Part shown: one piece after another, positions 25,921 to 39,920 of the stretch
Layout of the letters: the number at the start of each line of letters is the position of its first letter
Numbering within the stretch: the stretch's first letter is position 1
Assembly: GCA_951406725.2 (NCBI GenBank)
Contig: OX597829.1
Span: forward strand, 16,306,001 to 16,370,000
Source: Octopus vulgaris
Taxonomy: Eukaryota
Direction: 5' to 3'
DNA: 64,000 bases
Program-made: the position numbers and the translations under genes
The notes under the pieces: generated by a model
Told to the model about the DNA's origin: nothing
Seen by the model: the letters and a program-made list of their open reading frames with translations, nothing else
Databases searched by the model: none

Positions 25921-26657
25921 ACATAGTCCTATATTAGAAAGGACTATTATCATTATGTGCTGATATATATATATTAGCATATATATATATATATATATAT
26001 ATGCTAACATGAAAATTTGAAGTGCCTGTGTGCCTACTCATAGCAACAAGGTGTGTGAATGTGGATGGATGGATGGATGGGTGGATAGATAGACAGAGAG
26101 ATAGATAGATAGATAGACAGAAGGTAGATAGATAGACAGAAGGTAGATAGATAGACAGAGATAGATAGATAGACAGAGATAGATAGATAGACAAAGAGAT
26201 AGATAGATAGACAAAGAGATAGATAGACAGACAGACAGACAGGCAGGAAGGCAGACAGACAGATAGATAGATAGACAGACAGAGAGATAGACAGACAGAT
26301 AAAAACAGATAAATTATCATCTCTTAATGTTTTCCAAGCTAGGAAAGACTGGACAATTTGACGGGAGCCAGCATACAGCAAGGCTGCATTGAGGTCTATT
26401 GCCTGCTTGACATGATTTCTATGGCTGGATGTCGTTCCAAATGCCAACCACTTTACAGAATGTTCTGGATGTGTTTTACATAAGAGAAGTAGCAATGAGA
26501 TCATTATGTCACTTGCTAGACAAGGCTTCTCAACTAAATCAGGCGTAGCATTTAGGGGATGGCTTTGAGCCAGATGACAAGAGGTTAGAACAGTGGTCCT
26601 GGCCTGGTGTTGGCAAAAATAGTATTAGGGGTCCATGAACTAAATTCAAAATTTCAT

Positions 26658-26711
<54 letters not shown>

Positions 26712-26712
<1 letters not shown>

Positions 26713-26885
26713 GAAAAAAACAAAAGACGAAGGCAGGTGGTGTACAAACAGATGTATTAGTATAACGCTCAGGAATAGAAAAAGTCTTTTACGTTTCAAG
26801 CCTACGCTCTTCTACAGAAAAAAATAAGGAGAGAAACAAGGAGAGAAAAAAATGTGTGTAGTGGCTAACGATCTATCATGGCGAC
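26712..26885 (-). mobile_element. Family F element with CUGUAGA hammerhead variant (26787-26820)
   Basis: Minus strand ttt-CTGTAGA-a-gagc gtag gctt-GAAACGTA-aaa. Confidence 0.65.
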
Positions 26886-27914
26886 TGATCGATATATACA
26901 CACATACATAAGGATAAGCATATTAAAAGGGGTCCAGAGGAAAACTCATTTAGATAAAAAGGTTGGAAACCACTGTGAAAAGGTTGGGAAACACAGGGTT
27001 AGAGAGAGTATGAACAGAGGAACACAAATAGGTGTCTTGCTGTAGAGGGAGTGAGATAAGGATATCCCACCTGGAAAGAATAAATTAGATATATATTATA
27101 ATTGAATTATCATCATCATCATCGTTTAACATCCCCTTTCCATGCTGGCATGGGTTGGACAGTTTGACAGGAGTTGGCAAGCTAGAGGACTGTACCAAGT
27201 TCTTATGTCTGCTTTGGCATGGTTTCTGCAGCTGGGTACCCTTCTTAAGCACAACCATTTTACAAAGATTTGGTGACCTTCTTCCATGCTAGCTTGGGTT
27301 GGATGGTTTGATAGGAGCTGGCAAGTCAGAAGACTGCTCGAAACTCTACCATCTGCTTTGGCATGGTTTCCACAGCTAGATGCCCTTTCTAACAATAACT
27401 GCTTTACAGAGTGGACTGGGTGCTTTTTATGATATACGAGTACCATTAAGGTCACCAAGTAACTTGCAAGATTGAAAAAGAACAGGGCAAAAGTAACCAT
27501 GACTAAATGGATGAAGTACTACAATATGGGTGGTGGCTTTATGTCAAATATGTGTCCCCCAGAGTGTGCACGTAAATATGTGTGTGTGTGTGTGTACAGT
27601 TTGTGGTGAAAAATAACAGGCTTCTTTATGTCCCTGACCCTTGCAGTTGAGATCATGGCCTTCACATTCACTTATGTGAGTGAGTGGGTGTATGTACACA
27701 GGTAAAGGGTGATGAATATAACGATTAGCTTTTTGTGGGTTTGCACACTGAAAATAAAATCCTGGCTAAAAACAGGATTTTGTGAGGGTGGGGATTAGAA
27801 AGATGTATAATTCTGAAACATTGAGAATTACCAAAGTCAAATACTGGGAAGTGCTGCCAAAGAATTGCATAAGTGTTCATAACAAAATGAACAATATAAA
27901 AACAGTAATAACAA

Positions 27915-27933
27915 CATTAATAATAATAATAAC

Positions 27934-27974
<41 letters not shown>

Positions 27975-28105
27975 TACAATACTAATACTAATAACAATAC
28001 TAATAAAATTAATAATAATAATAATAATAACAATACTAATAATAATAATAAGAATACTAATAATAATAATAATAACAATACTAATAATAATAATAATAAC
28101 AATAC

Positions 28106-28142
<37 letters not shown>

Positions 28143-28188
28143 GGTTTCAAATTTTGGCTCAAGGCCAGAATAATAATAATAATAATAT
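27915..28188. repeat. (AAT)n microsatellite with AAC/ACT variants
   Basis: Direct reading of the sequence. Confidence 0.95.
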
Positions 28189-28469
28189 TTCTTTCTACTA
28201 TAAGTACAAGGCCTGGAATTTTGAGGTGAAGGTGCCAGTCAATTGTACTGACCCCCAATGCTCAATTAGTGCTCATTTCATTGATCCCAAAAAGATGAAA
28301 AATGAAGTTGACCTCAGTGGCATTTGAACTCAGAACATAAAGACAGACAAACATACAACTCACTAAGCATTTTGTCCAATGTGCTAATGATTCTGCCAGC
28401 TTGTCGATAATGATGCTGTGAAAATGATAACCTTAATTGTAAAACAATTTTTTTTATATATAACTTTAC

Positions 28470-28582
28470 TTGAATTTTGTAAATTATCAATCTAGTGGGG
28501 TTTGTTTCAATGGCCTATCAATGTATATGAGTTAGTTTGCCCAAGGTGTCGAGAAGACACCCGGCAAGAAAGAGAAGCAAAA
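28470..28582 (-). other. Candidate non-coding exon (113 nt)
   Basis: Strong acceptor ttttatttcttccttcag| and weaker donor caa|gtaaag. Unique sequence with stops in all frames. Confidence 0.35.
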
Positions 28583-29577
28583 CTGAAGGAAGAAATAAAA
28601 CACGTAATAATAAAAGGCTTCATATTTTGACGCAAGGCCAGGAAGTTGAGGGGAGGGGCTAAATTGATTACATCAACCCCCCAGTACTCAGGCGGTACTT
28701 ATTTCATCAACCACAAAATAAGGAAAGGCGAAGTCGACTTCAGCACTTAATTATAATAATAGCCCTTTCTAATATAAGCACATTGCCTGAAGTTCTGGGG
28801 AGGGGAGAGGGCCAGTCCATCCATTACACTGAACCCCAGTGTGCAACTGGTACATATTCCATCAGTTTCTCAGTATCATTTCAACTCAGAAAAATAAAGC
28901 TGGAAGAAATGCCATGATAGCAATTCTGCCAGCTCGCAGCCTAAATAATAATAATAATAACAATACTAATAATAATAATAATAATAATAATAATAAGTCT
29001 TTCTATTTTAGGCACAAGGCCTGAAATTTTGATGAGTGGCATGTATGGCAATTGCTTCAACCTGAGTACTCCTCTTGTACTTTATTGACACTGAATGTAT
29101 GAAAGGTAAAGCTGACCTCAGTGGCCTTTGAACTCAAAGCGTAAAGACGGATGAAATGCCGCTAAGCATTTTCTCCATTCTACCATCTCATCGCCTAAAT
29201 AATAATAATAATAATGATAATAATAATAATAATAATAATAATGATACCGTTTATCAGTGGTGTGACAATGACTATATCATGACATACGATGCATGATGGG
29301 GCATTAAGGAGTAAATCAAACGTGGGAGGTGTGAGTTCAATCGCTATGACGGTGATGGGGGGAAAATCAAATTATATGCACACACACACACACACACGCA
29401 CACACGACGCACGCACACACACACACGACGCATGCACACACATGCATACATATTTATATTTGAATATAATTACTATGTAAATGCATAGACACACACACAC
29501 ACGAAATAGGAAACCAACACAAATGGAAATGTTTAATTAGTAGGTAACACATTTAAATTACATGAAATTATGTAAGC

Positions 29578-29628
<51 letters not shown>

Positions 29629-30804
29629 AATATAAACGTGTATGCGTGTGTGAAGCTGATCGAAATAATATTAAAAAAATAATAATAATAGTTTCAAGTT
29701 TTGGCACAAGGCCAGTAATTTCGGGGGTGGGTTAAAGACGATTACAATCACGCCAGTGTTCAACTAATACCTATTTTATCGTCCCCGAAAAGGGATCAAA
29801 GGCAAAATCGATCTCGGCAGAATTTGTACTTAGAACGTAAAGACGGATGAAATGCGTAGCGGCATTTCGTCCGGCATGCTAATGATTCTGCCATCTCAAA
29901 GCCTTCATGTTGTAGTAGCAGTAGTAGTAGTAATAGTAGTAATGGGTCATTTATTATTGTAGGCGTAGTCGTTTTGTATTTATCTTGACCCTTTCCTTAA
30001 AAAAAAGGAGCAAATATATATAGTTGTTACCAGTATACAACTGGTATCCATGCTATCAGTTCCACATTAATACCAATATCGATGATGATGATAATTATAG
30101 CTACGCACCCCGCTAAATGCTATAAGATAGGTGGGTGGCGAAGACACAAGTGCATTTAACCAAATATAATCAAAAACACAATATTACAATACGTTTTTTC
30201 TTTTTAATTTCTTTTTATACGACTAGACAGGTAAATGTATGAGTGTGTGATTATGTGTGTAATAATGTAATAACGTGTATGTGTGTGTGTGTATGAGAGA
30301 AAGAGAGAGAGAGAAATAAAGGTAAATGTGTTTGACCAACCCGACACACTTGAAAATATACTGGGCCCAAATTAAGCTTGGTCTTCCTTTTGCAACGCAC
30401 CGACCTTTTTAAGCGCAATAACGTAACAGAAAAAAATATTTTTTAAAATTAAATAAAAAAAAAACAGTCCCCGACACACATACACACACACTTTCCTGTC
30501 CTAAACAATAAAGGGATTTTCCTCCCGTCTGCCCTGGAAGGTGCCATGTAATTAAATTAAGGGAAATTTCAGACAGTTGAAATGTTAGTGACCAACAAGC
30601 GTCAACTGATTGGCACGACAGAGGCAAGCCTTCTTGTGTTAAACCAATCGAAGCTGTGCACACGTGCGGCCTTCGTCGACACCACACAACGGTAGCCGCC
30701 GAGCATCCAGCTAAATTAATTGTAATTAAACAAGCAGGTACCCCCGATATTGTCAACACCTAAAGCTGATTGATATCGATATTAAATAAACATGAGGGTA
30801 GAAT

Positions 30805-31570
30805 TCTTTCTGTTACAGGTGCAATACTTGAAATTCTGGGGCAGGGGGCTTGTCGATTACATCGACCCTAGCAATCAACTGGTACTTATTTGATCGAAAG
30901 GTAAAGTCGACCTCAACGAAATTTCGTTTTAAATTTTGGTACAAGGCCAGTAATTTTAGGGGCAAGGGGTAAGTCGGTTACATCGACCCCTGAACTCTAC
31001 TGGTACTTTACCCTTATTTTATCAACCCGAAAGGATGGAAGGTAAAGTCAACCTCGGCGAAATTTGGTTTCGAATTTTTGTGCAATGCAAGAAATTTTAG
31101 GAAGAAGGCATAAGTTGATTGCATCAACTCTAGTGCTCGCTCAACTGGTACTTCATTTCATCGACCCCTGAAAGGATGGAAGGTAAAGTTAACCTCGGCA
31201 GAATCTGAACTCGGAACGAAAATACGGACGAAACGCCGCAAAGCTTATAATTCTGCCAACTCACCGCCTTACACCAATTTGGGGACAAGACCTGAAATTT
31301 AGAGGAAGGGGCAAACTGATTGCATCGATTCCTGTGCTCAACTGGTACTTTCGACCCCGAAAGAATTCTAAGGCAGTCAATCTCGGCGGAATTTGGATTC
31401 TGGATGTAAAGACGGACGAAATGCTGCGAAGCGGTTTGTGCAGCGTGCTATAATCATTTTCCGAGCTCGCCGCTTTTAGTCGGTGGACCTCGGCGAAATT
31501 TGAAACTCTGGACGTAAGGACGGACGAAATGCCGCCAAGCGTTATGGTCCGGCGTGCTAAACATTGTACT
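30805..31570 (-). mobile_element. Stack of SINE B-related fragments retaining CpG
   Basis: Five or more units with intact gtcgac, cggcgga and gacggacg. Confidence 0.75.
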
Positions 31571-31654
31571 AACTTATATGAGAAAATAAATTTTTTTTAA
31601 ATAATAATAATTTTTAAATGATTTAAAATAAGGAGAAAAAAATTTGAAGCTTAC

Positions 31655-32000
31655 CGTTGATTATAGCAGGAGCTATTGTGATGTTTGTAGGACAGTTTTT
31701 AGTAATTACAAGGGTATCCCGCAACCAGCATTACTCCTGGCAGGTATCTGTTCCTCTGCGCACGGCACTTAATTGCTATCTACGCAGGCCTTCACAACGT
31801 TCAACATCATAGCCAGTATTATGCAGCAGATAAATCCGAGATACTAAAAACCAATTAAAACATTCGACTCTTTCCGGAATGATTCTAACTCGGCTGCTAA
31901 CATCAACGTGAGATTTCGTTACTGACGTCAAACACAACCAGCATCGCGCACGTTCAATGTGTTAGCCTATGCAAGTAAGAAATATTCACGGATTTCCTCA
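31655..32000 (-). other. Candidate first exon (5' UTR or lncRNA); 5' boundary unknown
   Basis: Donor acg|gtaagc at 31655/31654. Unique, CpG-containing sequence next to the CRE cluster with only short uORFs (MLAAELESFRKESNVLIGF*, MMLNVVKACVDSN*, MLVAGYPCNY*). Confidence 0.5.
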
Positions 32001-32335
32001 AAACTCAATGCATTTCATTTGCTAAACACCAACCTTCGGCATCCTCCGGAATTTTAGCGCGATTCTACTGGTTATGGGTTATACCGTGCGCCGCTTTATT
32101 AATTATTGACGTCAGAGATGCTGACGCTTGTCATGAACACATATTTTCTTAATTTATTTCTTTAGTTATGGTGTATATATTTATTTTCTAGGTTATATAA
32201 CACAGAGGGAAACGTCAGCAAACCTATCTGATGACGTACGAACAGTTTAATATTGTAGCAACCGTAAGAAAGTTAGGTTTTACTGCTATAAATGCTTTTT
32301 AATGACGTCAGAACTATGTGCGCTTTGACGCGATT
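31920..32335. promoter_or_regulatory. CRE (CREB/ATF) site cluster, putative promoter
   Basis: TGACGTCA at 31923, 32107 and 32303. Half-sites TGACG/CGTCA at ~32122, 32213, 32232 and 32326. Confidence 0.7.
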
Positions 32336-32499
32336 CGAACCCTGGAACCAGCGAATACCCTAGATTTTATTGGAATACTATTTTTGCTTCTTTCCTACAT
32401 GAATATCTATATATAACATATTATAATTATATTTATATACATACAAGTACATATATAAATAAGTAAATAAATAAATAAATATATATATATATATATAAT

Positions 32500-33150
<651 letters not shown>

Positions 33151-33204
33151 TCATACATACCTATTCTTTATTATTATTTATTGACAGAACTTAAAACCTA
33201 CAGA

Positions 33205-33230
33205 GTGACTCAAGGTCCGAGAGTTTCGTG
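33205..33230. promoter_or_regulatory. Duplicated ~25-bp motif with AP-1 site (second copy 34237-34262)
   Basis: gTGACTCAaggtccgagagtttcg and gTGACTCAagtaccgagagtttcg. Confidence 0.4.
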
Positions 33231-33722
33231 CGCTGGCACTAATCAATACATACGCACGCATGCATGTGTATTTTTGTAATCTTTTATGTTTTAAGTGTTC
33301 CAGTAATTAAACTGGAACCTTGCTGGGGCACTATTTTGAAGGGTTTAGTCGGTACTTTTCTTTTTTTTTTTTTTTTTTTTTTTTTTTCAAGACTTGCATT
33401 TATTCTGTCGGTAGTTTTTTGCCGAACCGCTTGATAACGAGGACGTAAACAAACCAACAAATGTTATCAAGCGGTGGTAGGGGATAAACACACACACACA
33501 TACATGTGCAGGCTTGATAATGCAGTAAGAAGTTTCCTTCCAAATGCATGGTTTTCTGTTCACTCCCAATGCCCGACACCAAGTTTTCAAATATAGCCAT
33601 GGGCCGACGAAGGCTTTTATCGGCCCTCACTCACTCTCTCTCACTCACTCACTCACTCTCTCTATCTCTCTCTCCCTATCAATCAATTAATCTATCTATC
33701 TATCTATCTATCTATCTGTCTG

Positions 33723-33907
<185 letters not shown>

Positions 33908-33992
33908 GTCTGTCTGTCTATCTATGTAAACACTTGTGTGTATATGTGTGTATACATACAGAAATAGGTAGGGTGACAGGATAAAGTACATA

Positions 33993-34041
<49 letters not shown>

Positions 34042-34118
34042 ATATGTACACTTTCGTCTCATATATACACATACACACACACATATATACATATATATAC
34101 ATTATATATGTATAAAAA

Positions 34119-34157
<39 letters not shown>

Positions 34158-34407
34158 GACGTGCATTTATATAACTATATGTCATTTATATATGTGCATG
34201 TGCGAGTGTGTGTGTGTGTGTACGTACATGCGCAAAGTGACTCAAGTACCGAGAGTTTCGCGTGTGAATGTGTATACATGCATACATAAATATAAAGTTA
34301 TATAATACACACGTTTGTAAGTATATGTATATATATATATATATATATATCCTCTCTCTGTCTCTCTCTCTCTGTCTCGCTCTCTCTCATATATATATAT
34401 ATATATA

Positions 34408-34465
<58 letters not shown>

Positions 34466-34947
34466 GATAAGCGTATAGAATCTTTGACATGACTCCTTAC
34501 ATGCTAAAAAGGCCAGTTAAAACCTAATTGACGAAAAGAAGAATTCATGAGGCACGCTGATGTGTGTTGCTCACACAACGACTAGTTATGCTACCGTACC
34601 GTGGTCGTAATTTCTTCTCCCAATAGTTTTATATTAAATTATCGATTCTCAATCATCGGCTGCTAATTGCATGACTAATTAAATTAGTATATCCTATAGT
34701 GCACTGGGTTCGATTTAATCAGCAAGCTTCCACCCACCATTTCAGGCCCTGTGCTTATAATAAAAAATGCCAATAAACACACACACACACACACACACAC
34801 ACGCATACATACACGTGTGTGCATGTGTATATATGTATGCATGTATGTATGTGTGTGTGTGCGTGTGTATGTGTGTGCGTGTGTATGTGTGTGTGTGTGT
34901 ACACTTATAGACGCACGGATATTAATAGATTTGGATAGATTTACACG

Positions 34948-35002
<55 letters not shown>

Positions 35003-35103
35003 GTCTGGGGAGGGTCGTTCTGTTTTAATGCCTTATTAATTAACACACCCACCGGTTCGATTTCCACTCGTTTACTTAGTTGCAGCCACTTAAATAGTCG
35101 TTA

Positions 35104-35161
<58 letters not shown>

Positions 35162-35351
35162 ATGCATAAACACATGTATGTGCGTGTGCGTATGAAAGTA
35201 TGCATGCATGCATGTAGACATGTATGTATGTATGTATTTATGTATGTATGTGTGTATGCATGCATGTATGTGTGTATGTATGTATGTATGTATGTATGTA
35301 TGTATGTACACAAATATATCTTTTTCGCTGTCTCTCACTCTCTTCTCATAG

Positions 35352-36275
<924 letters not shown>

Positions 36276-36542
36276 AATTACCAGGTTTCAAGAACAAGGG
36301 TCGATTTTGGGGGCGACGAAACCCTAAAAGCAGTGGTGTGAGCCAAACACAAACCCAAACATTGTCTAGCAAATCCACTCACAAGCCTTGGCTGGCCCAG
36401 GGTCATAGCAGAAGACGCTTGCCAAGCAGACTGAACCCGTAACCATGTGGTTTGGGAAGCAAACATCTTATTTCACGCCCACTCAAATTAAAACGATTTC
36501 ACACACACACACAATCAAACACATACGCGCGCGCGCACACAC

Positions 36543-36582
<40 letters not shown>

Positions 36583-36689
36583 GCGCGCGCGCGCGCGCGC
36601 GCAAACACACACTGTAACACAAGCACACATTTTAAATGAGGAATGAAAGATTGAAATAGGCGAGCAGATTCGCTTTATACCAAACCTAC

Positions 36690-37192
36690 ACTATAGTGCC
36701 CCACCGATTTATTTCATCGTAACTTTCAGAAGAATTGATATTTTTTTATGAAATTTTCTACAAATACCTTTCAAATTGAGCAGATTACGATTATATAAGA
36801 ATCTGATGGGGAAAGATATTGGTAGACACACACACACTCCGTCTTACGACAAGGATACACTGCGCTGTTGCCCAAGTCCTCACGGATCTGAAGGCCCAAC
36901 TCGGATGTATGTATGCTGTTGCTTGCTGTCAACAGATAGGTACTATAGGGCCTAGTTCATTGATTTGTCCAGGACTCTTTAAAAACTGGCAAGGCAGCTC
37001 TGGACACGCACACATACTAAAACACATCATATATATCTACAAAATGAAACATAAATTTTTCAAAGAATTGCGATATTTATCAGTATATTACGTCCGTGCG
37101 CGGCGAACATAATTTTTGTTTTAATTGAATTCCAATATAATTGTAACAATTCATTTTTCTTGAAGTTATGAGGAAACAAAATCAGAAGGGAG
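36690..37192. mobile_element. Old TIR element (MITE-like); a related end lies at ~37620-37730
   Basis: Imperfect IR gattttatttcatcgtaactt / aagttatgaggaaacaaaatc. Confidence 0.5.
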
Positions 37193-37241
37193 TAAAATTG
37201 TATAAGAATGTCCATCACACGTTCTCTCTCTCTCTCTCTCC

Positions 37242-37294
<53 letters not shown>

Positions 37295-37786
37295 CTTTCT
37301 CACTCAGTAAGTGTGTATTTTAAAGTAGTTTAATTCAGCCCCATGCAACAAATTTCTGTCACATTGGGCCAAATTAAGCTATTTTAAATAATACATGTAA
37401 CTCCTACTAAATGTGGGGGGGTGCCTCTTTCTTTCGTTTATCTACCCACAATGTGTGTGTGCGTGTATGTGCGTATACAACGGGCTTCTTTCAATTTCTA
37501 TCTACCAAATCCCCTCACAAGACGTTGGTCGACCCAAGGGTGGCACACAGTGGGACTGAACCCAGAATCGTGTGGTTAGTAAGCAAGCTACTTACCACAA
37601 CAGCCTCTCCTGCGCCTATTAGCTTTAAATTAGGCAATTGTAATTTATGCTATTTAAAAGGCATTTCAAGCAAATTTCATTAAAGAAATGCAAATTTTTC
37701 TGAAAGTTATGAGGAAACAAAATCAAGAAGCAAACATATATATATATGTGTGTGTATGTGTATGTGTGTGAGTGTGTGTGTGTGTA

Positions 37787-38007
37787 TAGTATAGGACAAT
37801 CAGTGAGTTGTCATGATTGGACTCAGAGTTTCAAATGCCAGAGCTAATAGCTACGATGCATTTTCATCAGCTATTTTGACAATACACTATTGGGTTTTTT
37901 CATGGTGTCTATTGTCAAAATAGCTGACGAAAATGCATTGCGGCTCTTATCTCCGGCGTTTGAAACTCTGAGTCCAATCATGACAACTCACAGATTGTCC
38001 TATACTA
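37787..38007. mobile_element. Fold-back element (~105-bp arms) with a hammerhead-like motif on each strand
   Basis: + strand CTGACGA-aaatgc..gcgttt-GAAACTCTGAGTC (37924-37974). - strand CTGATGA-aaatgc..gcattt-GAAACTCTGAGTC (37820-37870). Confidence 0.75.
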
Positions 38008-38080
38008 CACATATTTAAATTCCTCTATTTACCTAATATCGAGGTCTCATTCTTTTGTTGTCATTCTATTATTATTATTA

Positions 38081-38146
<66 letters not shown>

Positions 38147-38150
<4 letters not shown>

Positions 38151-38345
38151 TGGAGATGTACTTGCATAGCAAGTGACCTGATCTAAGATCGTGTGCTGGA
38201 ACGAAAACAATTGCAGCGTGGAAGGTGTTTATACGCCATTTAAGAAACACACAAAAACCGTTAGATTCACTTCAACATTTAAATTTAATTTGTCAAAATA
38301 ATTTCATCGCTTTGAGACCGTGACCTGTTCACTGACAAAACTTCG
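38147..38345 (-). mobile_element. Small TA-adjacent element with G3-C8 hammerhead-like variant (38289-38339)
   Basis: Minus strand tttgtca-GTGAACA-g gtcac..gcgat-GAAATTATTT-tgacaaa, with a perfect 7-bp stem I. Confidence 0.45.
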
Positions 38346-38989
38346 TGCAGTACGAAATGATGGAAGGCAATGTTTTCAAAACGAATTTTTTGTCATAAGG
38401 GCATTGGCTAAAAGTCTCAATTTTTGAAACCAAAGAAGCACCTAGATTGTGCAAAGTGCTCAAAATTTATTTTAGAGAGTACTTTTTTCTGACTTATGGA
38501 CAACTGACCAATACATATATATATATATATAATATATAAAGTTACTTGGAAATGTATGTTTGGCACTCAGTTAAATAATAAATAATATATATGTCCATTT
38601 CCTTTGTTCCTACCTTTAGGCTTTCACTTCATACACACCAGCTCAATTTGATGCATTCTTAGTCAAAAGACACCTGTTGTTATTTCTTGCTGTTTGTATT
38701 CGTAATTGTGTATCTTGTTCCCGGATTATTTCATTTGTTTATTTTTCTGTCTTTGTTGCCAAACACATTCACTAGCTTTTAGCTTAGACTTTTTGGGGGG
38801 TAACCAGATCGAACCATCTCAAGTGTAACAGCCCAAAATAGTCATGACATCTGGTACTTGACTGAAGAAAGAATGCTACGAATGACCTGTCTTTTTTTAC
38901 CTGTACTTCTAATTGTTGTTTCTCTTGTCTACCTTTGTATTGTCTATCCCTCCGAATGTTTTATTGTTCTCTATTGTGTTTTTGTTCCA

Positions 38990-39300
38990 TAAATTGTAAC
39001 TGTGATACCAGTGCCGGTGGCACGCAAGCAAACCATCCGAACATGGCCATCGCCAGCACCACCCTGACGGGCCTTCATTCCGGTGGCACATAAAAGGCAC
39101 CATGCGATAATGGCCGTTGCCAGCCTCGCTTGGCATGTTAAAAGCACCCACTACACTCACGGAGTGGTTGGCGTTAGGAAGGGCATCCAGCCGTAGAAAC
39201 ATTGCCAGATCAGACTGGGCCTGGTGCAGCCTTCTGGTTTCCCAGACCCCAGTTGAACCGTCCAACTCATGGAAAGCGGACACTAAATGATGATGATGAT

Positions 39301-39303
<3 letters not shown>
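38990..39303 (+). mobile_element. RTE LINE 3' UTR copy (family C)
   Basis: Two minisatellite units, conserved 3' block and (gat)n tail. Confidence 0.8.
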
Positions 39304-39348
<45 letters not shown>

Positions 39349-39375
39349 GGCAGACAGACAGACAGACAGGCAGGC

Positions 39376-39475
<100 letters not shown>

Positions 39476-39483
39476 GCATATAT

Positions 39484-39712
39484 GGATACAGGACATCAAC
39501 AGTGCAAATAACATGAAATAGGTAAACAAGGAAAATAGGACTAGGAAATACAACGAAACGACCCTTCATCAGTTGTTGGCTGTCTTGAAGAGTAGATAAA
39601 CAGCCAACAACTGATGAAGAGTCCTTTCTCTGTTTCCTTGTCCTCTCTTCCATTTTTTCTCGTTGTTTACGTATTTCATGTTATTTGCACCACTGGTGAT
39701 GTTCTGTATATC
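39484..39712. repeat. Imperfect fold-back (inverted) element
   Basis: Outer arms gtgcaaataacatgaaata / tatttcatgttatttgcac. Inner arms cttcatcagttgttggctgt / acagccaacaactgatgaag. Confidence 0.8.
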
Positions 39713-39729
39713 TATATATATATATATTT

Positions 39730-39880
39730 AGGGAGAGTTTGTGAAAAGAACAAAAGACGAAGATAGGTGATGTGCAAAACAAACAGATGTATTAGTATAA
39801 CACTCAGGAATAGAAAAAGTCTTTTACGTTTCGAGCCTACGCTCTTCTACAGAAAGGGACACAGAAAAAAACAAGGAGAG

Positions 39881-39882
<2 letters not shown>
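39730..39882 (-). mobile_element. Family F element with CUGUAGA hammerhead variant (39821-39856)
   Basis: Minus strand cttt-CTGTAGA-a-gagc gtag gctc-GAAACGTA-aaag, with perfect stems I and II. (TA)n flanks. Confidence 0.7.
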
Positions 39883-39920
<38 letters not shown>

